Positions 1 through 8,579 are shown, counted from the stretch's first letter. The stretch: DNA of 64,000 bases from Vulcanimicrobiota bacterium (GCA_050250895.1 JBFWNU010000004.1:334934-398933), one strand, 5' to 3'. Program-made: numbers and translations. Notes: a model not told the origin generated them from the letters alone.

Positions 1-58
1 TGTTCGTGTTCGCCGGCGGCTGCCTGTTCTGGCTCCGCCGGATGGCCCTGGCCGCCTA

Positions 59-1507
59 TCAGGGCTGAGGCCCGCGGTCGAGCCAGTTGCTGATGCAGCG
101 CAACGCTCCCCAGCGGGTCGAGAGCACACCCAGCGGCATGGGATGCACCTCGAAGCCCTGCTCTTGCCAGGTCTTGATGGCATAGTCGTCGAGCTTGTCG
201 ATACCGTAGACGGGCAAGAAGACCCGTCGCACCTCGTGGCCGTCCTTTTCAAACCGCTCCATCAGGCAGTTGTTGTAAGAGACATAGGGTGAGCCCACCC
301 GCCCGGCCTCGGCGTGGGGCAGGCGCACCACCTTGTAGCCCTTCTTCTCGACGATGCGCACATAGTTATCGAAGTCTTCCGGGTTGTCGCGATTCTCGAC
401 GCTGTCCTGAGCCAGACTGACCGGATAGCCCAGCTGCTGCTCGAGTTTGGCCTCGGCCTGCTGGCGCTCGGCCGGAGTCATCTCGGCCAGCAGGCGAGTG
501 GCCAGCCCCGGGTCGCCCACGAAGAAGGTGTGATCGTCGATGGGCGTCAGGCCCATATCGAGATGGTCGGTGGCCGGCTCTTCCACATGGCGGGTGTTAG
601 GATCGTCTTTACCCATGACCGTCACCGGCTTCCCAAATTGGGTCTGGAACAGGCTCACCGCCTCGTCTTCGTACATCTGGGCCAGACTGACGCCACCCTC
701 CAGGCGAGGCACTTCGAGATTCTTCAGTTGGTAAGGCAACCGATGGCCCAGCTCGGCCTGGGGCACGAACTCGAAGGGAAAGATAGCTTTGCCCTGAGGG
801 TCCAGCACGTGATTGCCCGTGCGCTCTTCATATTCGGCCGCCAGCCGGGCCTGGAGTCCAGCCACGCTGGTGACCGCCTTCTCGAGTTGCTTGGCGGTGG
901 CCGCTACCGAATAATAGCCGACGAAGCTCTCACGCGTGTTGGCCATCACCTCGCCGCCATCGGTGACCAGTTGAGGGGCCACATCCAGCAGAACGCGGGG
1001 ATTTGCCTCGGCGATGGCCGGGGGCACAGCCGAGTCGTTGTCGTGCCAGTTGTGCAGCGGGGTTTGCTGGACCAGCATGGTGTGGGCGGCATCGCCGGGA
1101 ATGAACTCGGGCACCATCATGTCGCGGGCCCACACGGTCAGTCGACCCACATCCGGCTTGAGGATCTGGATGCGCTCGGGATTGCTGGCCTGACTGGCCA
1201 GGGCCTCCACGTCGGCCTTATCACGATTGGACTCGACCACCACGGTGAAACGCGTGTCCGGCTCCATCTCGGTAAAGAGGGTCTTGTAGGCGTCGAGGAT
1301 CTGGCGGCGCATGCCTCGGGTGGCATAGCTGTCGCTGAGCATCAGAGCCAGGTGGGTCACCCGTCCGTGACTATCGGCAAACTGTTTGCCCTGCAAAACC
1401 GAGCCGGGCGCAGAAGCCTGGTAATCGTCGGCAGGTTCGCTGGCAGCGGCCGGGCGAGGCCGGGCGATGGCGGTGGGGGCGTGGTGGCGAACGGGCGAAA
1501 TCTTCAT
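59..1507 (-). CDS. Pentein-superfamily (agmatine/peptidylarginine deiminase-like) protein
   Basis: Motifs VWARD, DGGE, DHLDM, YNN and C-terminal WGALRCIS (catalytic Cys); disordered N-terminus, no signal peptide. Confidence 0.75.
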   Translation of the reverse strand: MKISPVRHHAPTAIARPRPAAASEPADDYQASAPGSVLQGKQFADSHGRVTHLALMLSDSYATRGMRRQILDAYKTLFTEMEPDTRFTVVVESNRDKADVEALASQASNPERIQILKPDVGRLTVWARDMMVPEFIPGDAAHTMLVQQTPLHNWHDNDSAVPPAIAEANPRVLLDVAPQLVTDGGEVMANTRESFVGYYSVAATAKQLEKAVTSVAGLQARLAAEYEERTGNHVLDPQGKAIFPFEFVPQAELGHRLPYQLKNLEVPRLEGGVSLAQMYEDEAVSLFQTQFGKPVTVMGKDDPNTRHVEEPATDHLDMGLTPIDDHTFFVGDPGLATRLLAEMTPAERQQAEAKLEQQLGYPVSLAQDSVENRDNPEDFDNYVRIVEKKGYKVVRLPHAEAGRVGSPYVSYNNCLMERFEKDGHEVRRVFLPVYGIDKLDDYAIKTWQEQGFEVHPMPLGVLSTRWGALRCISNWLDRGPQP

Positions 1508-1746
1508 CGCCGCCAGCCTACTGCCGGGCCTACTGCCCGGAGGTTACCTCCGGGTAAACTTCCGGCTCGCAAAAGACGATGTCGAGGACCTCGGTCCCCA
1601 GGCTTTCGCACAACTCGCGCACGCTGGCCCCTCGGGTCAACCGGGCGAGATGGCTGAGCATGCCGTCACTTGTCTGGTGGTGTTGCAGTTCGAGCTTGGT
1701 GGTGGTCATAGAAGGTTCAATCCAACCGACCGATGAAAGTTTCTCA

Positions 1747-2436
1747 ATGCGACTCTCGACCTTGTTACTCTGCTTGCTATTGGTCACTCCCGGATTCTGC
1801 GACCTGCAGCTCGACACCAACGTCCTCTCCAAAAACGAGGACCACCTCACCGTCGAGATCAAGTATCCCAGTTTCGCCGGGCTGGGGCCAGCCAGTGGCG
1901 TGGCCAGCAAGACGGTGAAGGGATGGGTCAACGCCACCCTGGCCGAATTCGAAGGCGAGTTCGCCAAAGCCAGAGCCGAGGGCCTGGGGGGACCGCCCTG
2001 GTCGCTCGCGATCGACTATCCCAGCCTCTATCAGACGCCGCGCCTGGTGGCCCTCTTCTTTCGCGGCTACGACTATCGAGGGGGGGCGCATGGAATGCCA
2101 GTCATGGTTCCCCTGATCATCGATGTCGCGACTGGCAAGCGGGTCGAGCCCCAGGGCTTGTTCCAACCCGGCAGCGCCTATCTGCAACGGCTTTCCAAGC
2201 TCTGCTATCAAGACCTCAACGGCCGCAAAGACGCCAATTGGGACCAGGACTGGCTGCGCAAAGGCAGCGCTCCCGAGGCCGGCAACTACCAGGTCCTCTA
2301 CCCCCAGTCCAACGGCCTGCTGGTGGTCTTTCCCCCCTATCAGGTCGATTCTTACGCGGCTGGCCCCCAGGAGGTGGTCATTCCCTACGCCAAACTGGCC
2401 GACATTCTCAATCCCAGGCTCTTCTCAGTGAAGTAG
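1747..2436 (+). CDS. Secreted DUF3298/DUF4163 (RsiV/PdaC-like) protein
   Basis: Signal peptide MRLSTLLLCLLLVTPGFC; GGAHG motif; FPPYQVxxYAAGP...IPY tail. Confidence 0.8.
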   Translation: MRLSTLLLCLLLVTPGFCDLQLDTNVLSKNEDHLTVEIKYPSFAGLGPASGVASKTVKGWVNATLAEFEGEFAKARAEGLGGPPWSLAIDYPSLYQTPRLVALFFRGYDYRGGAHGMPVMVPLIIDVATGKRVEPQGLFQPGSAYLQRLSKLCYQDLNGRKDANWDQDWLRKGSAPEAGNYQVLYPQSNGLLVVFPPYQVDSYAAGPQEVVIPYAKLADILNPRLFSVK

Positions 2437-2494
2437 ACAAACGGTAACATGGGTCTTCTGGCACATCGGCTCGGTGCATGGTTGCATGAGGCCG

Positions 2495-3094
2495 ATGCGT
2501 ATCCCGACCATCCGCGCCCATACGCCTCGCTCTACGTTGCCCACGCGCCAACCGGCGCGGCGGATTGAACTCGACCGTTTCGTCCCCGCCCCGGTCCAAG
2601 ATACGCGACTGGCCTGGTGGGGCGGCGGTGCCCTGGCCGGGGCTGCCGTGGGAGCCGCCACCGCGATGCTGGTGGGAACTTCGATGCCGCTGACCTCGGG
2701 CGTCGGGGCGGCCGCCGGAATGGCCGTCGGAGCGGTGGCCCGCTGGTATGAGATCCCAGACGAGGTCTATCATTTCACGAGCCGCGAACTGGGCGACCAG
2801 ATCGTGGCCGAGGGCAAACTCGAGGCTCGTTCGGGTAATCACGGAGTAGGAGTCTACGCCACCCGCTTTGATCTGGCCGAGGCCGCCGCTCTCCAGCGAG
2901 CCGCTTCGACCGAAGTGGCTTTCGCGATTCCGACCGAGGGACTCGAGGTCCGACGAACGTGGATCCCCGGCACGTTCCGCATCGTGGGCGACGTCGATGT
3001 GGCCGGGCAGCAGCCGGCGGCCTACGCCCCCTCGGTGGTGGTGGAATTCCTCGACGACATCGGCTGGCGCGACCTTAGCAACGTCGCGAAATAG
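2495..3094 (+). CDS. Glycine-zipper membrane protein with HYD1-like ADP-ribosyltransferase domain
   Basis: Gly/Ala hydrophobic hairpin followed by VYHFTS...I...G.L..SGNHGVGVYAT; start could also be 2486. Confidence 0.55.
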   Translation: MRIPTIRAHTPRSTLPTRQPARRIELDRFVPAPVQDTRLAWWGGGALAGAAVGAATAMLVGTSMPLTSGVGAAAGMAVGAVARWYEIPDEVYHFTSRELGDQIVAEGKLEARSGNHGVGVYATRFDLAEAAALQRAASTEVAFAIPTEGLEVRRTWIPGTFRIVGDVDVAGQQPAAYAPSVVVEFLDDIGWRDLSNVAK

Positions 3095-3563
3095 GGGCTC
3101 CACAACAGTGGCAGTCGACCGGGGCCCGGTCCTGGCGGTAACGATGCCCGCAGTATTCGCAATCGAGCGGCTCGGGAAGCAGCGCTTCGAACAGATACAA
3201 CCGCTCCGGCTCTTCCTCATTAAGCACTCTGCAGTAGCCAAGCTCGGTGAAGTTGGTCAGACGCCTGGCCGCCGCCCGCCGGCTCAACCCCACATGGACC
3301 ATCAGATCAGGCGCCGACAGCACGCCGCCCATCAACTTGGCCAGACCCAGGATGTCGAGGTTCAACTCCTGGTCCCAGCGCCTCGACTGCTCGCGCTGCC
3401 GCAAGAAGAACCCCACCGCGCCGACCAGGCTCCCCAGGTCGACGCGGATGGTGGTCGCTGAACTCGACGACCGGGCCGCCGGGGCGGGGGTGTGATCAGG
3501 CTCCTGGCGCTGGCAGCTAGCGGGGCGAAGGCCCTCTTTAGAGAGAGTGAAACCGGGAAGCAT
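3075..3563 (-). CDS. Hypothetical protein, winged-helix-like region plus C-terminal zinc ribbon
   Basis: CEYC and CHCCG motifs; TAGACT -10 box 6 nt before ATG. Confidence 0.6.
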   Translation of the reverse strand: MLPGFTLSKEGLRPASCQRQEPDHTPAPAARSSSSATTIRVDLGSLVGAVGFFLRQREQSRRWDQELNLDILGLAKLMGGVLSAPDLMVHVGLSRRAAARRLTNFTELGYCRVLNEEEPERLYLFEALLPEPLDCEYCGHRYRQDRAPVDCHCCGAPISRRC

Positions 3564-3699
3564 AGACTGAGTCTAGCCGTCCAACAGCGCGCGGTCTGTG
3601 AAACTGTTTACAGAGATTACAGAAACTTCACATTCTGGCCGGCCGCCCCCGGCCGCGGGGTGTTAGTCTCTGAGGGCGGAGAAGCGAAAGGACTCGACC

Positions 3700-3960
3700 A
3701 TGCCCGCTCCGCTCCATCGCCCCCACGACGCCCGTCCGGCGCCCAACGCCAAACCCAAGACCAAACCCAAACCCCAGGCTAAGTCCCGGTTTGTCGGGCC
3801 TAACGACCTCGATCCTAGCAAGTGCTATCGGCGGGTCAACAATCCCAACCATCGCGATCTCTACGAGCAAATTCCTTGCCCGCAAAAGAAAGAGCGCCCG
3901 TCCATCGAGAACATGAACCAGTTCTTCCAGGCCTGGGGCGACCCTCGCTTCATCGCCTGA
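3700..3960 (+). CDS. Small basic hypothetical protein
   Basis: AAGGA RBS; fills the gap before the nucleotidase gene. Confidence 0.55.
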   Translation: MPAPLHRPHDARPAPNAKPKTKPKPQAKSRFVGPNDLDPSKCYRRVNNPNHRDLYEQIPCPQKKERPSIENMNQFFQAWGDPRFIA

Positions 3961-3999
3961 AGAGAAGGGTCGTGACCGGCCTTTCACCAACAAGCCGGC

Positions 4000-5436
4000 A
4001 TGAAACTTCGCTGCCTACTCTTGCTGGTGCTGTTGGCCACCCTGCCGGCCGCCGCCGAACGGGTCTTCATTCTGCACACCAACGATCTCCACGGCTATCT
4101 CGAGCCAGCCGAAGAGGGCGGCGAGGCGCGCATCGCCACCCTGGTGCGGGCCATGCGAGCAGCCTTTCCCGGCCAGGTCATCCTCTTGGATGCTGGCGAT
4201 CTGGCCCAGGGAACCCCTCTCTCTGGCCTGTTCTTTGGCGAACCCGTGGCCAAGACCCTGGACCTGCTCGACTACGACGCCATCTGTATCGGCAATCACG
4301 AGTTCGACTGGGGCAGCGAAAGGATGACGGCCATGCTCGAAGGCGCCCACCAACCGGTGGTGTGCGCGAATCTGGTCAAGACCGACGGCACCCGTCCCTA
4401 TCCTCCTTACGAAATCGTCACTCGGACAGGCGTGCGTGTGGCAGTGGTCGGCCTGATTACGCCTGACACACCCAACGTGTCCTCCCCCGGCGGCACTACG
4501 GGCTACAAGTTTCTCGATCCCTCCATCAGCCTGCGGGCTTTGCTTCCCGAGCTAGAAGACAAGGCCGACCTCATCGTGGCCCTCACTCACCTGGGTGTCG
4601 AGGCCGATAAGCAGTTGGCCAAAGATGTACCCGAGGTCGATCTCATCGTGGGCGGTCACTCCCACACTCCCCTTTTTCACCCGGTTTACGAGGGACAGGT
4701 GCCCATCGTGCAGGCCGGCAGCTACGCCAGGTATCTGGGAGTGTTGGAGCTCGAGGTCGACGTGCCGGCGCGCAAAATCAGCCAGTTCGACTATCATCTG
4801 CTCCAACTCGATGATTCGGTGGCTCCCGACCCGGCCGTGATGGCCTTGCTCCAGCCCTACAAAGTCGATGTCGAGCAGAGGATGGCCGAAGAGGTGGGCA
4901 AGCTCACTCAAACGGTCACCAAGGAAGCTGACGAGAACAATTACGACAGCCGGCTGGGCAATCTGATTTGCGATGTCTTTCTGGCCTCGACTGGTGCCGA
5001 TCTTGCTCTCTACAACCGGGGCGGCATTCGAGCCAACTCGCTCGAGGCCGGTCCCATCACCCTGGGCGACCTCTATAAGCTTTTGCCCTTCAACGATCCC
5101 ATCGTGGTCCTCGAGGTGCCCGGCCGAGAACTGGCCGCCATCTTGTTGCAGGGCGCCGAACAGGCCAAGCTCTCGGGAGCCGGTGTGAACGCCGTGATTG
5201 CCGTGAACAGCGGAGAGGTGCGCTCGCTCACCGTGGGTGGTCAACCCGTCTTGCCTGAAAAAACCTACAAGTTGGCGGTCACAGGCTTTCTGGCGGCCGG
5301 AGGAGACGGCATGGGCGGCCTGCCCAACTTTCCAGTGGTCGAGCGCTTCGACTATGGGAGAGACCTCTTCGCCAAGCATTTCAAAAAGGTCAAGACCATC
5401 GTCCCTCCCCAGGCCGGCCGGCTACGGCGGCTGTAA
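4000..5436 (+). CDS. Bifunctional metallophosphatase/5'-nucleotidase
   Basis: Signal peptide; HTNDLHG, DAGD, GNHEFD, GGHSH, NRGGIR, GGDG motifs. Confidence 0.92.
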   Translation: MKLRCLLLLVLLATLPAAAERVFILHTNDLHGYLEPAEEGGEARIATLVRAMRAAFPGQVILLDAGDLAQGTPLSGLFFGEPVAKTLDLLDYDAICIGNHEFDWGSERMTAMLEGAHQPVVCANLVKTDGTRPYPPYEIVTRTGVRVAVVGLITPDTPNVSSPGGTTGYKFLDPSISLRALLPELEDKADLIVALTHLGVEADKQLAKDVPEVDLIVGGHSHTPLFHPVYEGQVPIVQAGSYARYLGVLELEVDVPARKISQFDYHLLQLDDSVAPDPAVMALLQPYKVDVEQRMAEEVGKLTQTVTKEADENNYDSRLGNLICDVFLASTGADLALYNRGGIRANSLEAGPITLGDLYKLLPFNDPIVVLEVPGRELAAILLQGAEQAKLSGAGVNAVIAVNSGEVRSLTVGGQPVLPEKTYKLAVTGFLAAGGDGMGGLPNFPVVERFDYGRDLFAKHFKKVKTIVPPQAGRLRRL

Positions 5437-5495
5437 TCGCGCACTGGTAACCTGGCGGCAAACCCTGCGGTCACCGTAGTGATTAGCCTGGGGGT

Positions 5496-6728
5496 ATGCA
5501 CGCGACCCGAACCCTGAGCCAGGCCGCCGACACCACCGAGCGCATTCGCCGACTGATGAAAGGTCATACCGACCGCCAGGCCGAGGCAGAGATCCTGGCT
5601 TTGCTAGACGAGCAGTCCGCGCCCGACCTCAACTACGTGTTGGAGCACCTTGACCTGGAAGCGCTCTTCAACGATGTCGACGATCACCTCTGGGGGCCTC
5701 AAAACAAGACCCGATTGCTCGAAATGCTGGGCCGCGAACGGCTGGGCGACCTGGATTCGCCGGCCCGGGCCGCCATCATCGATGGTCTGCAGCGGGGTTG
5801 GACGGCCCTGACCGAGGAAGAACGCCGAAGTCGCGTCGAGGGCGGCGGAGGCAGCGAAGAGCGGGCCATTCGAGATGTCTTCGTCGGCACCCACGGCCAC
5901 CAACTCACCGAGGTCAAAAACCTGGTCAACGCTGGCGCCGACCACTACGACATGCACAATCTGTTGGGGCACGATGTGGACGACCCCAACCTGGTCGGCC
6001 AGATGCTCGATCACTTTGCCGCCACCCCGAGGCGAGGCGAAATCAAGCCGCTGAGCGACATCGACGACACTTTCTATGCCAACTGGAAAGACCAGCGCTT
6101 TCCCTCGAAGACCGTCTATCCGGGCGTGCTCGCCTTCTATCAAGAACTCGACCGCGGCCCCGACGAGGCTCATCCCCAGCCCCTGGGCGACCTGACCTTC
6201 CTCACGGCCCGCCCCGAGGACCCATGGGGCATCGTCAAAGACCGGGCCCACCGCGATCTTCGTCAACGCGGCATCCCCCACGCGGCGGTGCTGGCCGGCT
6301 CGGTCACGACCCTGGCCGACAACGAGAAGATCGCCCGCAAGAAGTTCGAGAACTTCGAGGAATACGCCCGCATCTATCCCGAGTACGACTTCGCCTGGAT
6401 TGGCGACAGCGGTCAAGGCGACGCCATGCTGGCCGAGCGCCTGCTAAGTAGCCACCCCGAGCGGGTCAAGGGAGCCTTCATTCACGACGTGGTCGGCCTT
6501 GACGACCAGGCTCGCCAGCAATTACGCGAGCGGGGAGTGCGCGTCTTCGACACCTACGTGGGAGCGGCCCTCGAGGCCCATCAGGCCGGCCTCATCTCGT
6601 CCGAGGGCGTGCAACGGGTTGCCCAGGCCGCCCAGCAAGACTTCTCTCGTCTCGAATTCAGCGATGACCGGCAGCGCCAGGCCCGCCTCGTCGAACTACA
6701 AGCCGACCTGTCTCGAGTCCAGCAATAG
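5496..6728 (+). CDS. App1/DUF2183-like HAD phosphatase with helical N-terminal region
   Basis: SDIDDTF, FLTARP and IGDSGQGD motifs. Confidence 0.75.
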   Translation: MHATRTLSQAADTTERIRRLMKGHTDRQAEAEILALLDEQSAPDLNYVLEHLDLEALFNDVDDHLWGPQNKTRLLEMLGRERLGDLDSPARAAIIDGLQRGWTALTEEERRSRVEGGGGSEERAIRDVFVGTHGHQLTEVKNLVNAGADHYDMHNLLGHDVDDPNLVGQMLDHFAATPRRGEIKPLSDIDDTFYANWKDQRFPSKTVYPGVLAFYQELDRGPDEAHPQPLGDLTFLTARPEDPWGIVKDRAHRDLRQRGIPHAAVLAGSVTTLADNEKIARKKFENFEEYARIYPEYDFAWIGDSGQGDAMLAERLLSSHPERVKGAFIHDVVGLDDQARQQLRERGVRVFDTYVGAALEAHQAGLISSEGVQRVAQAAQQDFSRLEFSDDRQRQARLVELQADLSRVQQ

Positions 6729-6895
6729 CCAGGGATGTATCCATTAGAATCCCCCGGTTGGCTTCGCTAGAAGACTATTCTGAGAGACTGATTCACGCTA
6801 TTCTTTCTGTAGAGGCCACGACACGAACGGCCTACCAAGAACAAAATTCAGGAAGTCACGACTTCCGCAGGTTTCGGCCCCAGGCAGGGGCCGTC

Positions 6896-6934
6896 AAGAA
6901 AGAGGCCCCGGGCCAGAACCCCGGGACCTCTTTC
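6896..6934 (-). terminator. Intrinsic terminator hairpin, better formed on the minus strand
   Basis: 15-bp stem 6898-6912/6920-6934; C/A mismatch on plus is G-U on minus; ends in UCUUUCUU on minus. Confidence 0.6.
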
Positions 6935-6957
6935 GCATTTGGCGAGATCCCCAAAAA

Positions 6958-7074
6958 TGTTAAGCAAACTTAACAAATTGCCCCCTAGACGAACCGGTTC
7001 GAGGTGGGATACCACTAGTGCACACTACTCCAAAAAGTCGCCTCGGGACTGCCATCCCGGGGCTTTTCTCTTTT
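6958..7074 (+). repeat. Dispersed repeat copy 1 (operator-promoter-sRNA-terminator unit)
   Basis: TGTTAAG-CAAA-CTTAACA, CCCCTAGACGA, GTGGGATACC, GTGCACACTACTCCAA and hairpin shared with copies 2 and 3. Confidence 0.92.
7017..7074 (+). ncRNA. Putative ~58-nt small RNA, paralog 1
   Basis: Follows TAGACG-N16-GATACC promoter-like motif; GCCUCGGGA/UCCCGGGGC stem and U tail. Confidence 0.6.
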
Positions 7075-7119
7075 AAGGCCCCACGGAATAGGCGGGTCGT
7101 CTCTGCCGACCGTGGGAAG

Positions 7120-7527
7120 ATGAAACGACTGCTCCTTTTCTTGCTCCTACTCAGCCCCGCTTTCGCCCAGGTCGAGACCCTCTCGGTGGACGGCATCTAT
7201 CTCGACACCCCTGCTTCCCAGCAGGCCTGGCTGCCCAACCCCTGCCCGGATGGCAGCTACACCGCCGGGGAGACCACCGTCGAAGTCCGCTCGGGCAAGA
7301 TCATCAACGTGACCGGCACCTTCCTGAGCATGGGCCACCACCAAATGGCCGCGGTGGGCCAGGCGACCGACGAACTCGCGCTAACGCTCGGCCAGCCCAG
7401 CGACACGCTCTATGGTTGCGGCCCCCAGCGAGGCGACCACGTGCGATTCTATCACCATCTGGGCGTCATCGTTTGCGGAGGCGAGAAGGTCACCCAGGTG
7501 CGCCTAGAACACGTTAAGAAACCTTAA
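7120..7527 (+). CDS. Secreted hypothetical protein (paralog of 10165-10686)
   Basis: Signal peptide MKRLLLFLLLLSPAFA; stop codon lies inside the operator of repeat copy 2. Confidence 0.75.
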   Translation: MKRLLLFLLLLSPAFAQVETLSVDGIYLDTPASQQAWLPNPCPDGSYTAGETTVEVRSGKIINVTGTFLSMGHHQMAAVGQATDELALTLGQPSDTLYGCGPQRGDHVRFYHHLGVIVCGGEKVTQVRLEHVKKP

Positions 7528-7646
7528 CAATCCAACCCCTAGACGACCGGCGGAGGAGTGGGATACCCATGGTGCACACTACTCCAATAGCTGCCTCGGG
7601 ACCGCCATCCCGGGGCGTTTCTCTTTTTGAGCATCTTCAAGAACTC
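7508..7646 (+). repeat. Dispersed repeat copy 2
   Basis: Near-identical to 8440-8579 except in the promoter spacer. Confidence 0.92.
7571..7628 (+). ncRNA. Putative small RNA, paralog 2
   Basis: Same promoter geometry, invariant 16-mer 7572-7587, terminator. Confidence 0.6.
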
Positions 7647-7724
7647 GCTCCGTGTGGCCGTCCGGCAGAAAAGTGTAATGAACTGGACGCAGGAATCTGC
7701 CTGATCATTGGGAACGACGGTCAT

Positions 7725-8420
7725 ATGTCCAACACCTACAGAATCATGCCGTCCCACTCGGAGTATCTTGCCATAGAAGTTGTCGGCGAAGAGATGCTCG
7801 TCTTCGACCCGATGTCTGGGCGGGCGCACTGCCTGGACAAAATCACCGCAACGGTATTCCAGGCGTGCGACGGAAGAACCCAGATGCACGAAGTCGCCCA
7901 TCGACTAGGCGACGGCGGCGGCGACCTATTGATTCTCACCCTCGAAAAACTACGCCAGGCGAATTTGATAGATGGGGCCCCGGCCAAGACCACCACCCGC
8001 CGAGAGTTGTTGGCAGGGCTAGGACGAATTGGTGTCGCCTTGCCACTGATCACCTCGTTGGCGGTCCCCCGTCCCGCCGCGGCGGCGTCGTGTGTTGCAA
8101 ACTGCATTGGGGAGGGCCTACCGGTCGTAGATGCTAACGGAAATCCGACGGGGTGCGCGGCCTGTCTACCTTCCATAGGAGCTACAACTTGTCCAACCAC
8201 TTTCTGCATGTCCTTCTACGAGTGTTTTGATACTGGGAACAACATCGTCCCCTGTAACAGCGCTGCGGCCGGCCCTTCTCTTTGCGACGACCCCATCAAC
8301 AGCCGCGATACACCAACCGGTTTCACCGGATGCCAATCCACGTCCAGCAACGCCAACCCTTCCTGCGCTACGGCTCGAAATACATCCGCTAGCCTCTACA
8401 TTTGCTGTTCGTGTTCTTAG
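7725..8420 (+). CDS. PqqD/RRE-domain protein fused to Tat-like leader and Cys-rich tail
   Basis: EMLVFDxxxGRAHCLDxxTATVFQACDG (PqqD-like); TRRELL...PLITSLAVPRPAAAAS; 14 Cys in tail; start 7725 or 7746. Confidence 0.75.
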   Translation: MSNTYRIMPSHSEYLAIEVVGEEMLVFDPMSGRAHCLDKITATVFQACDGRTQMHEVAHRLGDGGGDLLILTLEKLRQANLIDGAPAKTTTRRELLAGLGRIGVALPLITSLAVPRPAAAASCVANCIGEGLPVVDANGNPTGCAACLPSIGATTCPTTFCMSFYECFDTGNNIVPCNSAAAGPSLCDDPINSRDTPTGFTGCQSTSSNANPSCATARNTSASLYICCSCS

Positions 8421-8439
8421 GGCTCCGGGAGGCGACCAC

Positions 8440-8579
8440 AACACATTAAGAAGCCTTAACAATTTAACCCCTAGACGAACGGCCCAGGAGTGGGATACCC
8501 ATAGTGCACACTACTCCAATAGCTGCCTCGGGACCGCCATCCCGGGGCGTTTCTCTTTTTGGAGCACCTTCAACAACTC
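8440..8579 (+). repeat. Dispersed repeat copy 3
   Basis: Near-identical to 7508-7646. Confidence 0.92.
8503..8560 (+). ncRNA. Putative small RNA, paralog 3 (antisense to 3' end of S41 gene)
   Basis: 8504-8560 is identical to 7572-7628. Confidence 0.6.

Noticed and set aside
6758-6973. 71-aa ORF in AT-richer intergenic DNA
   Set aside because: TTG start, no RBS, crosses a hairpin and the operator; at most a remnant
7018-7724. N-terminal extensions of ORFs 7018-7527 and 7569-8420 through the repeat
   Set aside because: They cross a terminator, are read in different frames in different copies, and would bury the signal peptide or PqqD start
6958-8579. Repeats as a CRISPR array
   Set aside because: Units are >110 bp, separated by whole genes of unequal length, and no cas genes are present
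7508-8579. Repeats as integron attC sites (stop codon inside TTAAC, GGCGTT at the far end)
   Set aside because: Ends are not complementary, there is no GTTRRRY (copy 1 lacks GTT there), and no tyrosine recombinase is in the window; promoter/terminator anatomy fits better
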